Below, piece by piece: positions 42,613 to 56,165 of a DNA stretch of 64,000 nucleotides. The notes under the pieces are model-generated. The model saw nothing but the letters and a program-made list of their open reading frames with translations. It was not told where the DNA came from and made no database searches. Every line of letters begins with the position of its first letter. Within the stretch, counting starts at the first letter, position 1. Source of the stretch: Octopus sinensis. Taxonomy: Eukaryota. The translations under genes were made by a program, and so were the position numbers. The stretch covers positions 40,858,001 through 40,922,000 of the forward strand of contig NC_043005.1 of NCBI RefSeq assembly GCF_006345805.1, read 5' to 3'.

Positions 42613-43299
42613 CATACATATACACACACACATAATAGTCTAATACTGAATATGTACAAAAAAATAAGACTGGATAGTCATGGTTAGAGTATCAGTTGAA
42701 TGATAAACTCAACATGTAAAAATTATCTTTCAGCATGCATAGTTCAGAACTGAAGAACAAAAGCACAACAAAGATAAGTTGTTTTTTCTTTTAACAAAAT
42801 CTTCAAAATACACACAAAACTCCACACTCCAGAAAAATACAATTTATAAGAAAAACAATACTTACACCAACAACAACATTAAAAGCTGGATGTACCATTA
42901 TGTGCCTTCAAAATAACAGAACTGCACAGAATACACTTAAAAATAAATGTAACACATACAAAAGTAAACTTTGAAAGTCTGACACAATACAAACAGCATT
43001 AAAAACACCTTCGAGGAAGTAAAAAAAAACTTATCATTGCCAACATTTCTTACAAGATGAGGAAACTTTCTTACAAGTGAAAGACAACAGCCAACATTCC
43101 AAATTGGAACATAAGTAGATAGACACTTTGACGATTGTAGTGGTCTTATAACATACATAAAAATCTTGCATTCACTATATAGATATCACAAATGACATTC
43201 ATAAGCTACTTGGAAACAATATTACTGCAGAAACACAGGTTGCTTTCAACATACAAAAGAACTAGCAACACAAAGCACATTAATACAATAAACATGTGC

Positions 43300-44900
43300 A
43301 TACCATCAACTCCATCCCCACCACCAATCCCACACCAGATTATATACTCCATATAGAGCACTTAGCATTCACACAACACCACCTAGATTTCAGATAGAAT
43401 AGACAAGCGATGTAGTATCATCCCAACTCAACGCTATATTCTAAATGAACCACACCAAGATATCTTACCATGCCAACTGCAATGACTCTTCCTCACATAT
43501 CACCTTTTGCTCCCTATACTCTCAAAATAACTTGGCAAATAATTCCCTAATTCTCCTTGAACCACAAACTCATTATTACAACACGTTTACACTATACTGA
43601 AGAAAGCTAATACACTTTTACAAACTTCAAAAAAAAAAAAAAAGAAAAGGAAAAATAACACAATGGAACAAGTTCCACTAAGTTTTCTAGAATTCAACAA
43701 TACTCGATCACCAACATAGACACTGCAGTTCATACACTCAATAAAATAATTACAAACACATCAAAAGAACATATCACACAAAGCAACACAAAAACTACAA
43801 TCCCAGAAATAGCCAACCTCAAACACAATACACACAACTGAAATAAAAGTCAGCATCAAACAACTAAATAATGAAATAACCAAAAAGAAAAGCATAAATA
43901 AAACAACTGGCAATCACTTATATTGAACATAAAACACAAAACTAATAGTAAAACACACTATATATGGTAATTAGCAGCATCAATAACAACAGGGGCCACC
44001 ACCACCATCATTCAACGTCTGTTTTCCATGCTGGCATGGGATGGACCAGTGGTTCCCAAAGTGGGCAGTAATGCCCCACTGGTGGTATGGAAAATTCCAA
44101 GAGGGTATTGAAGAAAAGTTGAGTGATAATTGGGTAGCAATTCATGTAAAAAGTGGGGCAATAATAGGCTTATGTAACACAACAAAATAATGGGTTCATT
44201 AGGTTAAGTTTTATTTGTGAAATACAGTTGCTTTGAATTTGCTTCAGAAAGAGGTCTATGTTTGTGATGGTTAGTTGGGGTGGGGGCACTAGGAATGTGG
44301 CCTGGGTGTCAAGGGGGCGGCAGCCTGAAAAGTTTGAGAATCACTGGGTTGGACAGTTTGACAGGAGCTGGCAAGGCTACAATCCACACCAAGTTCCAAT
44401 GTTTCGGCATGGCTTCTACAGCTGGATGCCCTTCCAAGTGCCAACCACTTTACAGAGTGGCCATAATAATCTCAAATAGTATCTATACACTACAATGCCA
44501 ATCAAATACCTTGATCAGACATTTCTCAAAAATCGGCTATCAAAAACTATACAAACTGAAATCACAATGAAAAGTATGTACCTTTCACCTTGACCATAAT
44601 TTTGACTCTTCCCATCAGATACCCAAAAAACAACAGGGTAATCTAAATCCTCAAAAGCTTCAGGGCCAGGCAAAACCACACACATTCATCTAAAACACTT
44701 AGTGGCATGATCGAATCACTGCACTCTCCAACAACTCATACTAATCTCATCAAATTCATTGATTCTTAAAGCAGGAAAAGAATTATAACAAATCTAAAGC
44801 TCTACCAAATTACAAATGAAATAACATCAAATAACTATCACCCACATATGCATGCTTGCAAACATTCCAGAAAGGCTAATCTTTAACATCACTAACACAC
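43300..44900 (+). mobile_element. Highly decayed APE/RT LINE, interrupted by an RTE tail and a hAT MITE
   Basis: A/C-rich plus strand; remnant LKSSKASGPGKTTHIHLKHL at about 44640-44700 resembles the pre-RT K(A/S)PGPD motif. Confidence 0.45.
44047..44346. mobile_element. hAT-type (Charlie-like) MITE
   Basis: TIRs cagtggttcccaaa / tttgagaatcactg; 8-bp target duplication ggatggac/ggttggac (7/8); splits an RTE-tail repeat. Confidence 0.8.
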
Positions 44901-45333
44901 AAATCCTCTTCTCCCGATCATACTCAGATACCAAGAACCATCCTACTCACAAGACGAACACAAACAAATAATGATGGCCTCAACTACAAATAACACACAC
45001 ACACACTAGCTAGCATTTACATCAGTAAAGTTTTTAATTCCATTCCTCATTATCCTTTCAACACAAAATGCTGATTAGCAAATTACTCATCAGGCGACCA
45101 AGCCTATGTAATGTACTGAAACAGCACCTGCAGAATCCGAGTCATACCAAACAGAGTACAAACATACATCTTCTTACTCATTCTTTTCAACCTTTACTGA
45201 TTGAGCCTTTTCACATACCCAAAATGTGTGCAGATAGCCTTATACATAGATAATAGCACACACGCACACATCCTCCTACTGCTCTCCAGACACTGCAGCA
45301 TAACTATTCCAACCTTTCTTAAATCTCCTAGGC

Positions 45334-45631
45334 CAGTGCTACTCAAAGTGGTATATGGCACACTGGTATTTGGCTGAAGAATGTTGTACCGGTCCATGAG
45401 CCATCAGCTGCTGGTACACGGCAAGTTTCCAGAAAAGAAAGAAGCATTATAAAATGCTTATGTAATATTGTATTATTTGTTTACAAAATAAATATAAGAT
45501 TAAAAAAAGTCAACTTTTATTTATATTCATTAAATATATTGTTTCTGGTATAAATTAATATTACCAGTCCCTGGCACATTGGAAAAAAAAAACCTGCCAG
45601 TACACCACATCAGATAATTTGAGAAGCACTG
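45334..45631. mobile_element. hAT-type MITE
   Basis: TIRs cagtgctactcaaa / tttgagaagcactg; target duplication tcctaggc/ccctagac (6/8). Confidence 0.75.
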
Positions 45632-46947
45632 CCCTAGACCACTTGGACATGCGAGGGGCACAGTTTGTTGCCACAGCATGTTTAACCTCTCCCCCCACCA
45701 ACACCACACACACACACACACATATAGTCTGTGTCATTATGTAAAAAAAAAATCACAACTAAACATCTGGGTACAACTACAAAATCCCAGAGCATTATTC
45801 CAACAACCAATAGACATTATCATTCTAGCTCAGCCTTGACAAGCATAAAAGAAAAAAAAAACATATACAGAAACAAACAATAAGTGCAGAAGAACAGCTA
45901 CTGATGCACTCCACCTTGCCTGCTTCCATGTGGCCACCATTGGAATATACAGGTGTATAAGAGAGACCAGACATTTGAGAGGATGCAGTTTGTCTGGACT
46001 ATCATGCTGCATCCCATACAATTCTTTACTGTCTGCTAGAATGTGCAGTATGACCTTCAGCTAGGAAGAGACAGTATAACTGAGAAGATGAACCTGTGGG
46101 TCATGCTACAACATTCTTCAGTCAAATACCAGTCTGCCATATACCTGCTCAATCAGTTTTGATCTAGAGCTACACAACACCAATATCCTAAAGATAAAAC
46201 TGGAGAGGTTTACAAACATTGATGGACCTAGGAAGTTTATTGTCACAAACTAAACAAAAGACTAACAAGGGAATACAAAATAAAAATCATTAATCAAACT
46301 TGAACATCGTCATGTTTTCAATATAAGTTTGAAAAATAAAAAAGAGGTGTTCCTTATATACATGAATACAAATGTGTCTGTATATATAAATTCACAAATA
46401 CACATATTTTAATAAGATCATAAAAGTAACATATATTTTAGTTCAAAAGCCATTATAAAACCTTGTGGCTTTTGTTAATGAACAAAGAGAAAGCTATAAA
46501 CCTAAAATTAAACATTTCTGAATAGTGAATAACTATGCATGTCACCATTTGTATGATGCACAAGTTTTTCAAGAATAAATTGACTTCATAAATTCTGAAA
46601 TAACTTGTACATATAGGCAAATCAAAAATGAAAACAAAAACAACAGTCAAAAGGACATACATAGTTAACGCATTAGGTTGGTGCTCAGTTTAAGATGGGA
46701 AAAATAATGGGGCGTGATGTTTGAAAGGCTCGGAGAGAAGGAAAAGAATAGTCTGAGAAAAGACACGTGCAGTTACATGGCTGAAATGACCCGATGATAT
46801 ACATGTCATAATCATCATCACCATCATCGTCCTTTAATAACCCTAACAAGTATTTTATGACTGTTTAAATCATCATCATTTTAAAGTCTATTTTTCTACA
46901 CTGGCACATGCTATTTCATTATACATCTTGATCATTTCATTTATTAA

Positions 46948-47550
46948 CCCTTTAGTATTTAATCCAGCCATAACCAGCCCGAATATTTTACCTGCTTTAC
47001 GTTAAAACTGGCCAAATCTAGCCTCTCACATCTACCCGACAATGTCATTCTAAGAATATACAATCACACCATTGAAATCCTGAAGTTACAAGATATTACT
47101 TTTATTTCTTTTACTTTTTTCAGTCATTTGACTGTGGTCATGCTGGAGCATCACCTTAATGGGTTTTAGTTGAAGAAATTGACCCCAGGACATATTCATT
47201 GTAAGCTTAGTACTTATTCTATCGGTCCCTTTTGCCAAACCGCTCAGTTACAGGGACATAAACACACTGGCATTGGTTGTCAAGTAACATAGACACACAA
47301 ATGTATACATATATATGTATATATGATGGACGTCTTTCAGTTTCTGTCTACCAAATCTACTCACAAAGCTTTGGTCTGCCTGAAGCTATAGTAGAAGACA
47401 CTTGTCCAAAGTGTCATGCAGTGGAACTGAACATGGAACTATGTGGTTAGGAAGCAAGCTACTTACCACACAGCTACGCTTGTGCCATAATTCCAAACAA
47501 TGTGAATAAATAAACAATACATTTGATAAGGAAATCTGAATGTTAAAAGG
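46948..47550. mobile_element. piggyBac-type MITE, family B copy 3, with a nested SINE
   Basis: TTAA|ccctttagtattt ... tgttaaaagg|TTAA; a minus-strand SINE occupies about 47095-47487. Confidence 0.8.
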
Positions 47551-48539
47551 TTAAGGCCCTGCTCTTTCAGACTTGATCTAACTATCTAGCTACTACTTTT
47601 CAATCCTTCTTTATCTCATTATCTTGAGGACCAGGGTGAAGAATAGAGAGCTTGGAAAAGGAGTAATATATTCATTAAGATCTAAAAGGTAGGTAAAGAT
47701 TTAGGGTGATATAGAGAAAAATAAACACAAAGAAAAAAGAAAGCGATAGAAGATTTAATCTTTCTCTAGCAATTTCAGATATTCTTTGTAATTTTATTTC
47801 ATTATATCCATCATGTGGTTTGTAAGTGTTTTTGTCCCTTATGAACTTTAGGCTTAAAACAGCTTCCAAAAATAATAAGTAAAAAAAGAAAGAAAACTAT
47901 AATGATTGTTTTGATAAACTGAATGCCATAAGAGAACTTATTATAATTTGCAAAGATTAGAAGCACAAAGATAAATTGGCCAGTGACTTTGAGGAAAGAC
48001 TAATACCATCTTTAGCCAGACTAGCTATCCAGCTAAACAACAAAATAACAATTTTATCTTTCTACATTATGGATGTTTATATGTGACTACCTATGTATAA
48101 GTCAATGTCTTCTATGACTGTATGATTTTAATCTATGTGTGTGTGTTTATCCTAGACAATGTTCTTCAGTAATAGATTCTATATAATGTAGCATTAATGT
48201 ATGCCTTTTTTTCTTTTTAGCATAATAATAATAATGTAGAAGGATGCAATCACAAGGGAAAGAAAATGTAGACTAGTTGATTGAAATGACTCCAGTACAT
48301 CACTATTTATTTTATTCCCCCTGGTAGGATTAAAGGAAAATAAAATAATGCAACACACCGGCAACAATAAATTTCAAAAATATCTTCTTGGCCTATTTTT
48401 ACAAATTGTCATATTGAGTAGGTGCAAGACAAACCATAGCTTGGGTAGGAAACTTCCAGAGAAAAGCTGGTTACTTATCTAGCTAGGAATCCCTGAAGCA
48501 CAACAAAATTAATTTTAACTGCCAAACTATGAGTCAGAG

Positions 48540-48973
48540 CAGTGTTTTTCAACTATTTTTTACCTATGAACCCCTGTGATTCCTATTTTACTTAGGTGGG
48601 CCCCCAGTCATTTGATGTTTAAAAAAATCATTTTAGGTTTTTATAATTAAATATTATTAGGAATTGTATAAAAATAATTATTAAAATACCAGCAAACCTA
48701 AATTTGAATGTTAGGCTGATCTTAAAACTTAAAATTCATTTTTATGTCATGTTATCTCATAGATTTTTGGAGGTAATTGTATTAAAATTGAAACTTTGGA
48801 TAGAAACTGAAAAAAAAAAGCCAATTTTATATATGTATATGTGTTTGTGTCATCTTGAGAGCACATGACAGTTGTAAAGCAGTGTCATTCATTTCCAATA
48901 TAACCACAAATTTTAACAACAAAATTTTATATGGAGCCCCAAGGGCCATATGGACCCTGTCTGAGAACCACTG
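48540..48973. mobile_element. hAT-type MITE (degenerate)
   Basis: Ends cagtgtttttcaa / ctgagaaccactg; target duplication is weak. Confidence 0.6.
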
Positions 48974-50379
48974 AGTTAATGTAATCCTATGCAAACATTT
49001 CATTTCAAATGAACACATACTAATAAAACATTTAATATGGTTCTCCATCCCCTACAACTAATTCACTGCACTTTAGTAGGAAAAATATTGACGGTTCCAG
49101 AAAGTGGATAACACAATAACCTTTTTTTTGTAAGAGAAATAAAGGTCACGGACAATCAACTCAACGACTGTATATTATTGGCATATATTTGAGCCAAGAA
49201 GAGAACAGTCATTCAGCTTGCAGATGACTGCAGCTAAATCTTCCTCAAATCTCATAATTCCTTCTTAAAATAGAAATAAAGACAACAGAAGCTAAAATAA
49301 GGAAGAAAATGTCAAGGCTAGAATGCAGAGTCTACAATTTCTTAACTGGATATTTCTTCAGTATAAATCCTAATAATTTCACCCTTCCATGATTCTCTGG
49401 TAATGTCCCTCAATCCAGCTCAAATTGTTGATTGTCAAAATCACAGTAGTAATAAATCATTTTCTCATTTTATTTGAATTATGCATCTTGCACGCTCATT
49501 AGCTGTTATGTTTCAGTTGTTACCATGCTTGTATGTTCGTTTCTACATGTGTATATGTGTTGTGTTCATTTGAACTGTTTAATTTCTGTGTGCACTCATC
49601 TGTACATTATCAGATTTATCCCATTTAACACGTATGCATGTTATATATATGCAGATGTAAACGAATCAATTCATTCGTTTTGAAAAACATGGCTGTATAT
49701 TTATGTCAGAAATTCCAGTTGAATATATTTATAAATGAAGGGTAGATACTAAATTACTCATTTTTTCTGAAGTTCTTATTGAAAATAGAAACTAGAAAAT
49801 AGATATGTAAAGGAAATGCATATATACTCAATACAGATGTGTCTATCTCCACTGATACTTATATTGTTTCTTCTGATCTATATTAGTGCAATGGGGTTCC
49901 TCCATTTCTATGAATTAGATGTGACATACATACTATTTTAGGCGAAAATAGATGTCATCATTTTTGGGGGGTTTTTTTTCATCATTTTTATATTCACTTC
50001 CAAGACTTCTTTGGACAAGACTTCTTCAGTATTCTTTGGTTTTCCTGTCACCAATTTTTCCACTGTCCTTCATGCATTGAAACAACTAAGATACTGGATA
50101 TGATGTTAACAGGAGATGTAGACAAATGTCACAGTCACCCAAAACACAAATTATATAACACACACACATGTACATCATCATCAGTTCAGGTGTGTTTTCT
50201 ATGCTGGAATAATTTTCTGCAGTTTCTTTCTACAAAGTTTCACTCACAAGGAACTAGTTTGCCCAAGGAATGGAGCAACTTCATAAGCACATATCATTAT
50301 AAGCATACACACACATATATACATACAAACATAAATATATATACATGCACACATAAACATGTATACATGCACACATATG

Positions 50380-51130
50380 CAGGGCGATTGAAAAGTAACT
50401 CCCCATTTTTAAATACTTATAAATTATTTATCAATTGTAATTTTTTTCTCAATTTTCTTTTTTTTTGAAGTACCAGAATTTAATCTGTAATTGTATTGCT
50501 CTTGTCATTTGTGAATGACTGAATGCCCACTTCCCTGGGAGATGGATGGGCCACCATGGTCTGCATGGGTGGCCAGCCAGGAGTCCTGATTTAACACCCT
50601 GTTACTTCTTTCTTTAGAGTGGGTTAACCCTTTCGTTACCAACCCGGCTGAAACCAGCTCTGGTTCTGAATACAAATGTCTTGTTTTCCTAAGTTTTGAA
50701 TTAAAATCTTCCACCAAACCTTAGTCACAATTTATGTTCCTAACACTAGCTGAATGATAACTAAGTTATTTTACTAAATACTTTGTTATATTTAAAGTAA
50801 TTGAAAGAAACAGAGAGCATCTTAAAATAAATACAGTAACAAAAGGGTTAAAGGAACAAGTCTACTGTACCAAACCAAAAACTTTGGAAGAACTTGAAAG
50901 ATGAATACAAGAAGTTATGTCTTCCATTCCACAAGAGTTCCTGGTGAAATCAGTTGATGCAATTCCTGGGTGACTCAAGAAGCTGGTGGCGACATCTTGA
51001 GCCTATATCAAATTTTAAATAAAGCCTCATACTAAAAGCTTTCCTCTCATATCCATATTTTTGTAAAAATTACAATTAATAAATAATTTATAAGTATTTT
51101 AAAACAGGGAGTTACTTTTTAATCACTCTG
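50380..51130 (+). mobile_element. Internally deleted Tc1/mariner-superfamily element interrupted by a TTAA MITE
   Basis: Long TIRs (cagggcgattgaaaagtaactcccc... / ...gggagttactttttaatcactctg). Removing the MITE restores WMGHHGLHGWPARSPDLTPCYFFL*SGLKEQVYCTKPKTLEELE in frame. Confidence 0.88.
50628..50847. mobile_element. piggyBac-type MITE, family A copy 2
   Basis: TTAA|ccctttcgttacc ... agtaacaaaaggg|TTAA, 220 bp, with a demonstrable TTAA duplication inside a transposase frame. Confidence 0.9.
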
Positions 51131-52909
51131 TATATAGAGAGTGATTCATAAGTCCATCTAACATTTAAATGATATATAAAACATATTTTATTACAATTTT
51201 GCTTGTATATATTTTAAATATTCTTTGTTATTTTGTTGCAAGTCTCACTCACTGTCTCTACATGTGTGTGTCCATATACAATAATTAAATACATGCACAC
51301 AGACAGTGTGTTTTCATGTCAAGCTATAAATAAAAAGATTTTAATCAAAGGATCACTCATTACTTTTTAGTAGAGTACAATGTTTGTTAACTTTTACAAA
51401 GAAAAGTTTGGCAGCGACTATATATATATATATATATATATATATTTAATGTAGTCCCATCTATACCAGCATAGAAAGCAGATGTTAAACAATGATTATA
51501 TGTATATCATTTTAAATCTGCTTTCTACACAGGCATGTTGCACTGGACAGTTTGGCAAAACCCAACAGATCAGAGAACCAAATATCCCTTCAATTTCTCA
51601 TTTCTAGCATGGTTTCTACAGCTGATCACTCTTCCTAATACCAATCACTTTACATCCAGAGTAGATGCATTTTATCAAGGCATCAACACAGGAGAGGTTG
51701 TTATGTTTTATGTTAGACAAAATGATTCCCCTCTACCTTACAGTGTCCAGTTCGTTGCAGCCAGCTAGTCATGTACCTCAAACCTTTAAACATCTCAATC
51801 CACTTGTCTCTCCATCTCTTGAGGCATCCACCACACACCTGGCTCCTATATTAGCCACTATTCTCTGTCCTTCTTCCTCAAAACATCAACTGTTTGGAAT
51901 CGTCTCCCTGCTCCTGTCTTTCTTGCAGTGTAAATGGAACATTAGCAGCAAACTCATTGGTCTGAGAAGGCCTGCAAAATTCATAACAATTGCCCTTCTT
52001 CCAGATGTAGCAAGTAAAAAAGCAATAAACAAGTAAAATAAAATAGTGTACTAAGTATTTTGATATTTATTCAAATATTATTTGTATTATAACACACATT
52101 GATTAAAGCTGAACAATTTCAGGAATGAGTTTTCACTGAAGTTTCTTCTTTGAAATTCCAGAAATAAATCTTTAACTGACAAACCAATTCACTATACAAA
52201 TGCATCAAACATTCACCTCTCACTTACATCCTCTTTCTACTTTGTTTTCTCCTGCAATCCTCCAACCACTAACGTTCTGTATATACACTAAATTCTACCA
52301 AATTTGTTTGAGAATTATTTCTGATGAACTGAAAAGAAGAAACTGCAGCAAAAGAATAATCCTGAATTATTTAGATTTATCCATACTTTTAATACTGAGT
52401 ACTATGTAATCATGTTTGTTTCTGCATTTGTACAATTGATATTATTATATCTATCAATTAAGGTGGCGAGCTGGCAAAATTGTTACTGCACCAGGCAAAC
52501 TGCTTAGCGGCATATCATCTGTCTTTAGATTTGGAGTTCAAATTCCACTGAGGTCAACTTTGCTGTTCACTCTTTTGGGGTTGAAAAAATAAGTACCAGT
52601 TGGGTCGATATAATCAACTTAGCCCCACCCCTGAACTTGCTGGTCTTGTGCCAAAATTTGAAATCATTATCATATTCATCAGTCAAAAATAATCTCAATT
52701 CACTGTAGTATTCAATACACTTTAAGATGTAGAGTTTGCACGTGAAATCATGTTTTGGTTCTTAAAGCAGAATTTTATCAATGGCTTTTGACTGTATTTG
52801 CCCCTAATGAACAAAAGCAAAAGGATTCGGCTGTAGAGAAATATTTAAACAATCATGCATGCATGCATGTATGTATGTATGTATGTATGTATGTATGCAT
52901 GCATGCATG

Positions 52910-53208
52910 ATTGTTGGTTGGTTGGTTGTTCCTTCTCAAGCCATTCATGGCTCATAAGGGCCGGTTTCCCGGCATATAGGTTCCCCACCTGGATGGGACA
53001 CCAGTGAGCTGCAAGATGCAGGAGGAAAGAGTGAGAGAAAGTTGTGGCAAAAGAGTTAGCAGAAGTTTTGCCATTACCTTCTGCCAGAGCTGCGTGGAGC
53101 TTAGGTGTTTCGCTCATAAAGACACATATCACCCGGTCTGAGATTCGAACCCGCGATTCCTCGACTGCGAGTCCGCTGCTCTAACCACCAGGCCATATGC
53201 CTCCACAC
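52910..53208 (-). mobile_element. tRNA-derived SINE with intact Pol III boxes
   Basis: Minus strand: A box TGGCCTGGTGG (53185-53195), B box GGTTCGAATC (53142-53151), CpGs retained, (CAAC)n tail. Confidence 0.75.
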
Positions 53209-56123
53209 ATGATTTTTCTTTGAGTTTTAGTCAGGTTTTTATTTAGAGAATTCGAGCTGGTCAGTAACAAAGGAACAAAACTTTTGGGGTTAAGAGAGTT
53301 CCCAGTGTTTGTAAATATGTGGTTGAGTTGGTGTGTTGGTTGAACAGTCGATGTATGCACTCAAGTGTGTGCATCTATTCACCTAAAAAATTTCTGATGG
53401 CAGAATCTTTGGAATGTCTTACAAACCTCCACTATGTTGTTAGATTGGATTTGGAGAATCAATGTCGGTTTCTTTTGTTTTCTTTGAAAGACCTAATATT
53501 TCTAGGTTTTTGAGTCAATTTGTTGATATATATCCTAATGCACCTATGATTTTAGGTACAAATGAGAATTTATAGTCAGAATACAAGAGTTACAAGTTCC
53601 ACGTGTGTGAGTGTGTGTGATTATGTAAGTATCCGAGTATGTGTGTGTGTGTGAGTGTATGTATGTGAATGAGTATGTATTTCAAATTCCGTTGAGGTCA
53701 ACTTAGTCGTTCATTTTTTCTGAGAACGATAAAATAAAGCTCCAGTCAATTACTGAGTGTAATTCAGATGATACGTCCTAGATTTGAAGAGAATCATAAT
53801 ACGTGATGCGAACAGATGTATATAAATGGTTGAAAGGTAGCAAACATGACGAACATGGGCAACCATCCAGAAAATGATCATCTGAACAGGAGATTTGTTT
53901 CCGGAAAAAAACTGAATGGTAAATTAAATCTACCAATAATGCATAACCAATAGCTACTGTATTGACTCAGTAACGATAACAGATATTAAAAGAAACAGCT
54001 CTGCGATTCCAGCTCTCACCATAAGGCACGAACCAGATACCGCAACGTGTCTAAAACTAGCTCGCAACACTGCTTGAAAACGGCACTCCACTGCGCGCAC
54101 GCGCGTATGTGTGTATATGTGTACTGCGGTCACACTGTTTTATCCTTTCCAACGTCATTGATCATCGTATGCACGCACTCATAATACACACAGTGATTTT
54201 AAAAATATATCGATTAGCCAATTTGGCACAAGGCCGCAAATATTACAGCGTACATACATACATGCCGGGATTTTATCTACCCAAGGGAATTTGACAAAAT
54301 GAAAGGAAAAGCGACGCCGGCAACAGTGAAAGCTTAAAATACTGTATGACCATTTCGTCTGGCACCTTACTGCTTCCACTTCACTACTCTTTGAACGGTT
54401 TATATATACCTACATAAAGTGGTCTTAGTCATATTCTGAGTTATACACACTTTTTATACTCGGTAAAAAACCTTTGTCTGACAGGAAGAACGCCGATATG
54501 AACGAATTGATTCAAATTCTTTCTGATTCTTAAGTATAAAAGGGGCATTTACATGGACCCTTTACACGTTAGAAGCAGCAGACTGATCCCTCTTAAATCA
54601 CATCCGATTGTCTTTAAATAAAATATGAAATTAAAAAAAAAAAAGATAATGTTATCCAAGACATTGGAAAAAAATCTCTTAAGGTCATGCTTGAACCATC
54701 TTTAATCACAGATTTACTTAATCAGAGTTGACCCGGGGCAAAAATACAATAGTAACTATCTATGTAACCCACGAGAGACAAAATCATTTAGAGGTAGGAC
54801 AGATTTCGTAAAGCTTATAAAAGTGGATAACCGATAACAACAATCAACGAGGCGAAATCTGAGAGTATTATTTAAGAAAGACAGGCGCTACAACATTAGC
54901 ATCAACTACCCACCAACCATTCATTTGTTTCTTAGATAAGCGTGAAACCTAAAAAACATCTGATAAGTGGAAAGTCCTAATATTCATACTTTTTTTTCTT
55001 CCTTAGAATCTTTCTTTTACTGTCTAGTTGTTTCGGCGTAGCTAAATAATGTTTATAAGGCGTGGTGAGTAATGAGTGACAAAGAATAACTATGTATAAG
55101 AACTGCAAAAGATCGATTAACACGTAAACAGCCCATGTTAATGGCGTGACTATCTCTCTTTCTTGATTTGTCTGTGTATGTGCGCGCATACATATATATA
55201 TACACGCATATATTCATATACAAACGTATATATATACTCATACATTCACATAGACACATACATTATACATATTTATATGTGCATGTGTGTGACGGGAGAG
55301 AGAGAGAGAGTGATCAGTGAGTGACCTAATACACATTCAGCAATAGTTCTGCGAATTGTGTATGTACACACACACACACACACACATATATAGGTACATA
55401 CAAGCTCGGCAGTGTAAGTATGTGTATATGTGAAAAGCGAAAGAAGTGCGTGTTTTGTGTTTGCATTGCTGTTTACTTGGAAATTTCATGTGTGACAAGT
55501 GTAGACGTAAGCGAGAAGCGAGGCAATTAACGCAACTCTGACGAGATCGAGATCGTATAAAATAGCAATTAAAAATCCGATTAGACGGAGGACGTGTATG
55601 AAAATAAAAACCGAACAGGCAGTTAACTACGTAGAAGACGATGTATGGGGAGGATCAAAGTTATTAAATAATCTGTTTTTAGTTTCTATTCTTCTTATAA
55701 CAGGCAGGCGAAACAAACTCAGTACATCTATCAGATACAACTAAATATTCACATACGTTAGAATATACGGATCGAAATCATCACTTCAGCTTTCTTTAAA
55801 ATGTATTTGCCTGTATTTGATAGGAAAAATTAAGTCATTCTATAAAACATGGAAAAAAAAAAAGAGAGAGAGAGAAAAGTAAGATATAAAACTTGATTCG
55901 CACGCTCTGAAGCAATTACTAAACAGATATATCACATATATACACAACACACGACGTGTGCGCGCGCGCATATATACACACGCACACGTGTGTGTGTGTG
56001 TGCGCGTATATATACACCCTCACACATATGTGTGTGTATGTATACACACATATATGTTATTCGGCTATACAAATAACTAAGACTGTAGTATTTGTAAATT
56101 CATATATATAGCTTGCATGCGTA

Positions 56124-56165
<42 letters not shown>

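Noticed and set aside
42900-45300. Strong A/C strand skew, considered as a hypermutation or editing signature
   Set aside because: Explained more simply by a decayed sense-strand LINE; a pre-RT motif remnant is present.
53130-53205. Possible tRNA gene
   Set aside because: The acceptor and anticodon stems do not pair properly and the sequence continues into a SINE body and tail.
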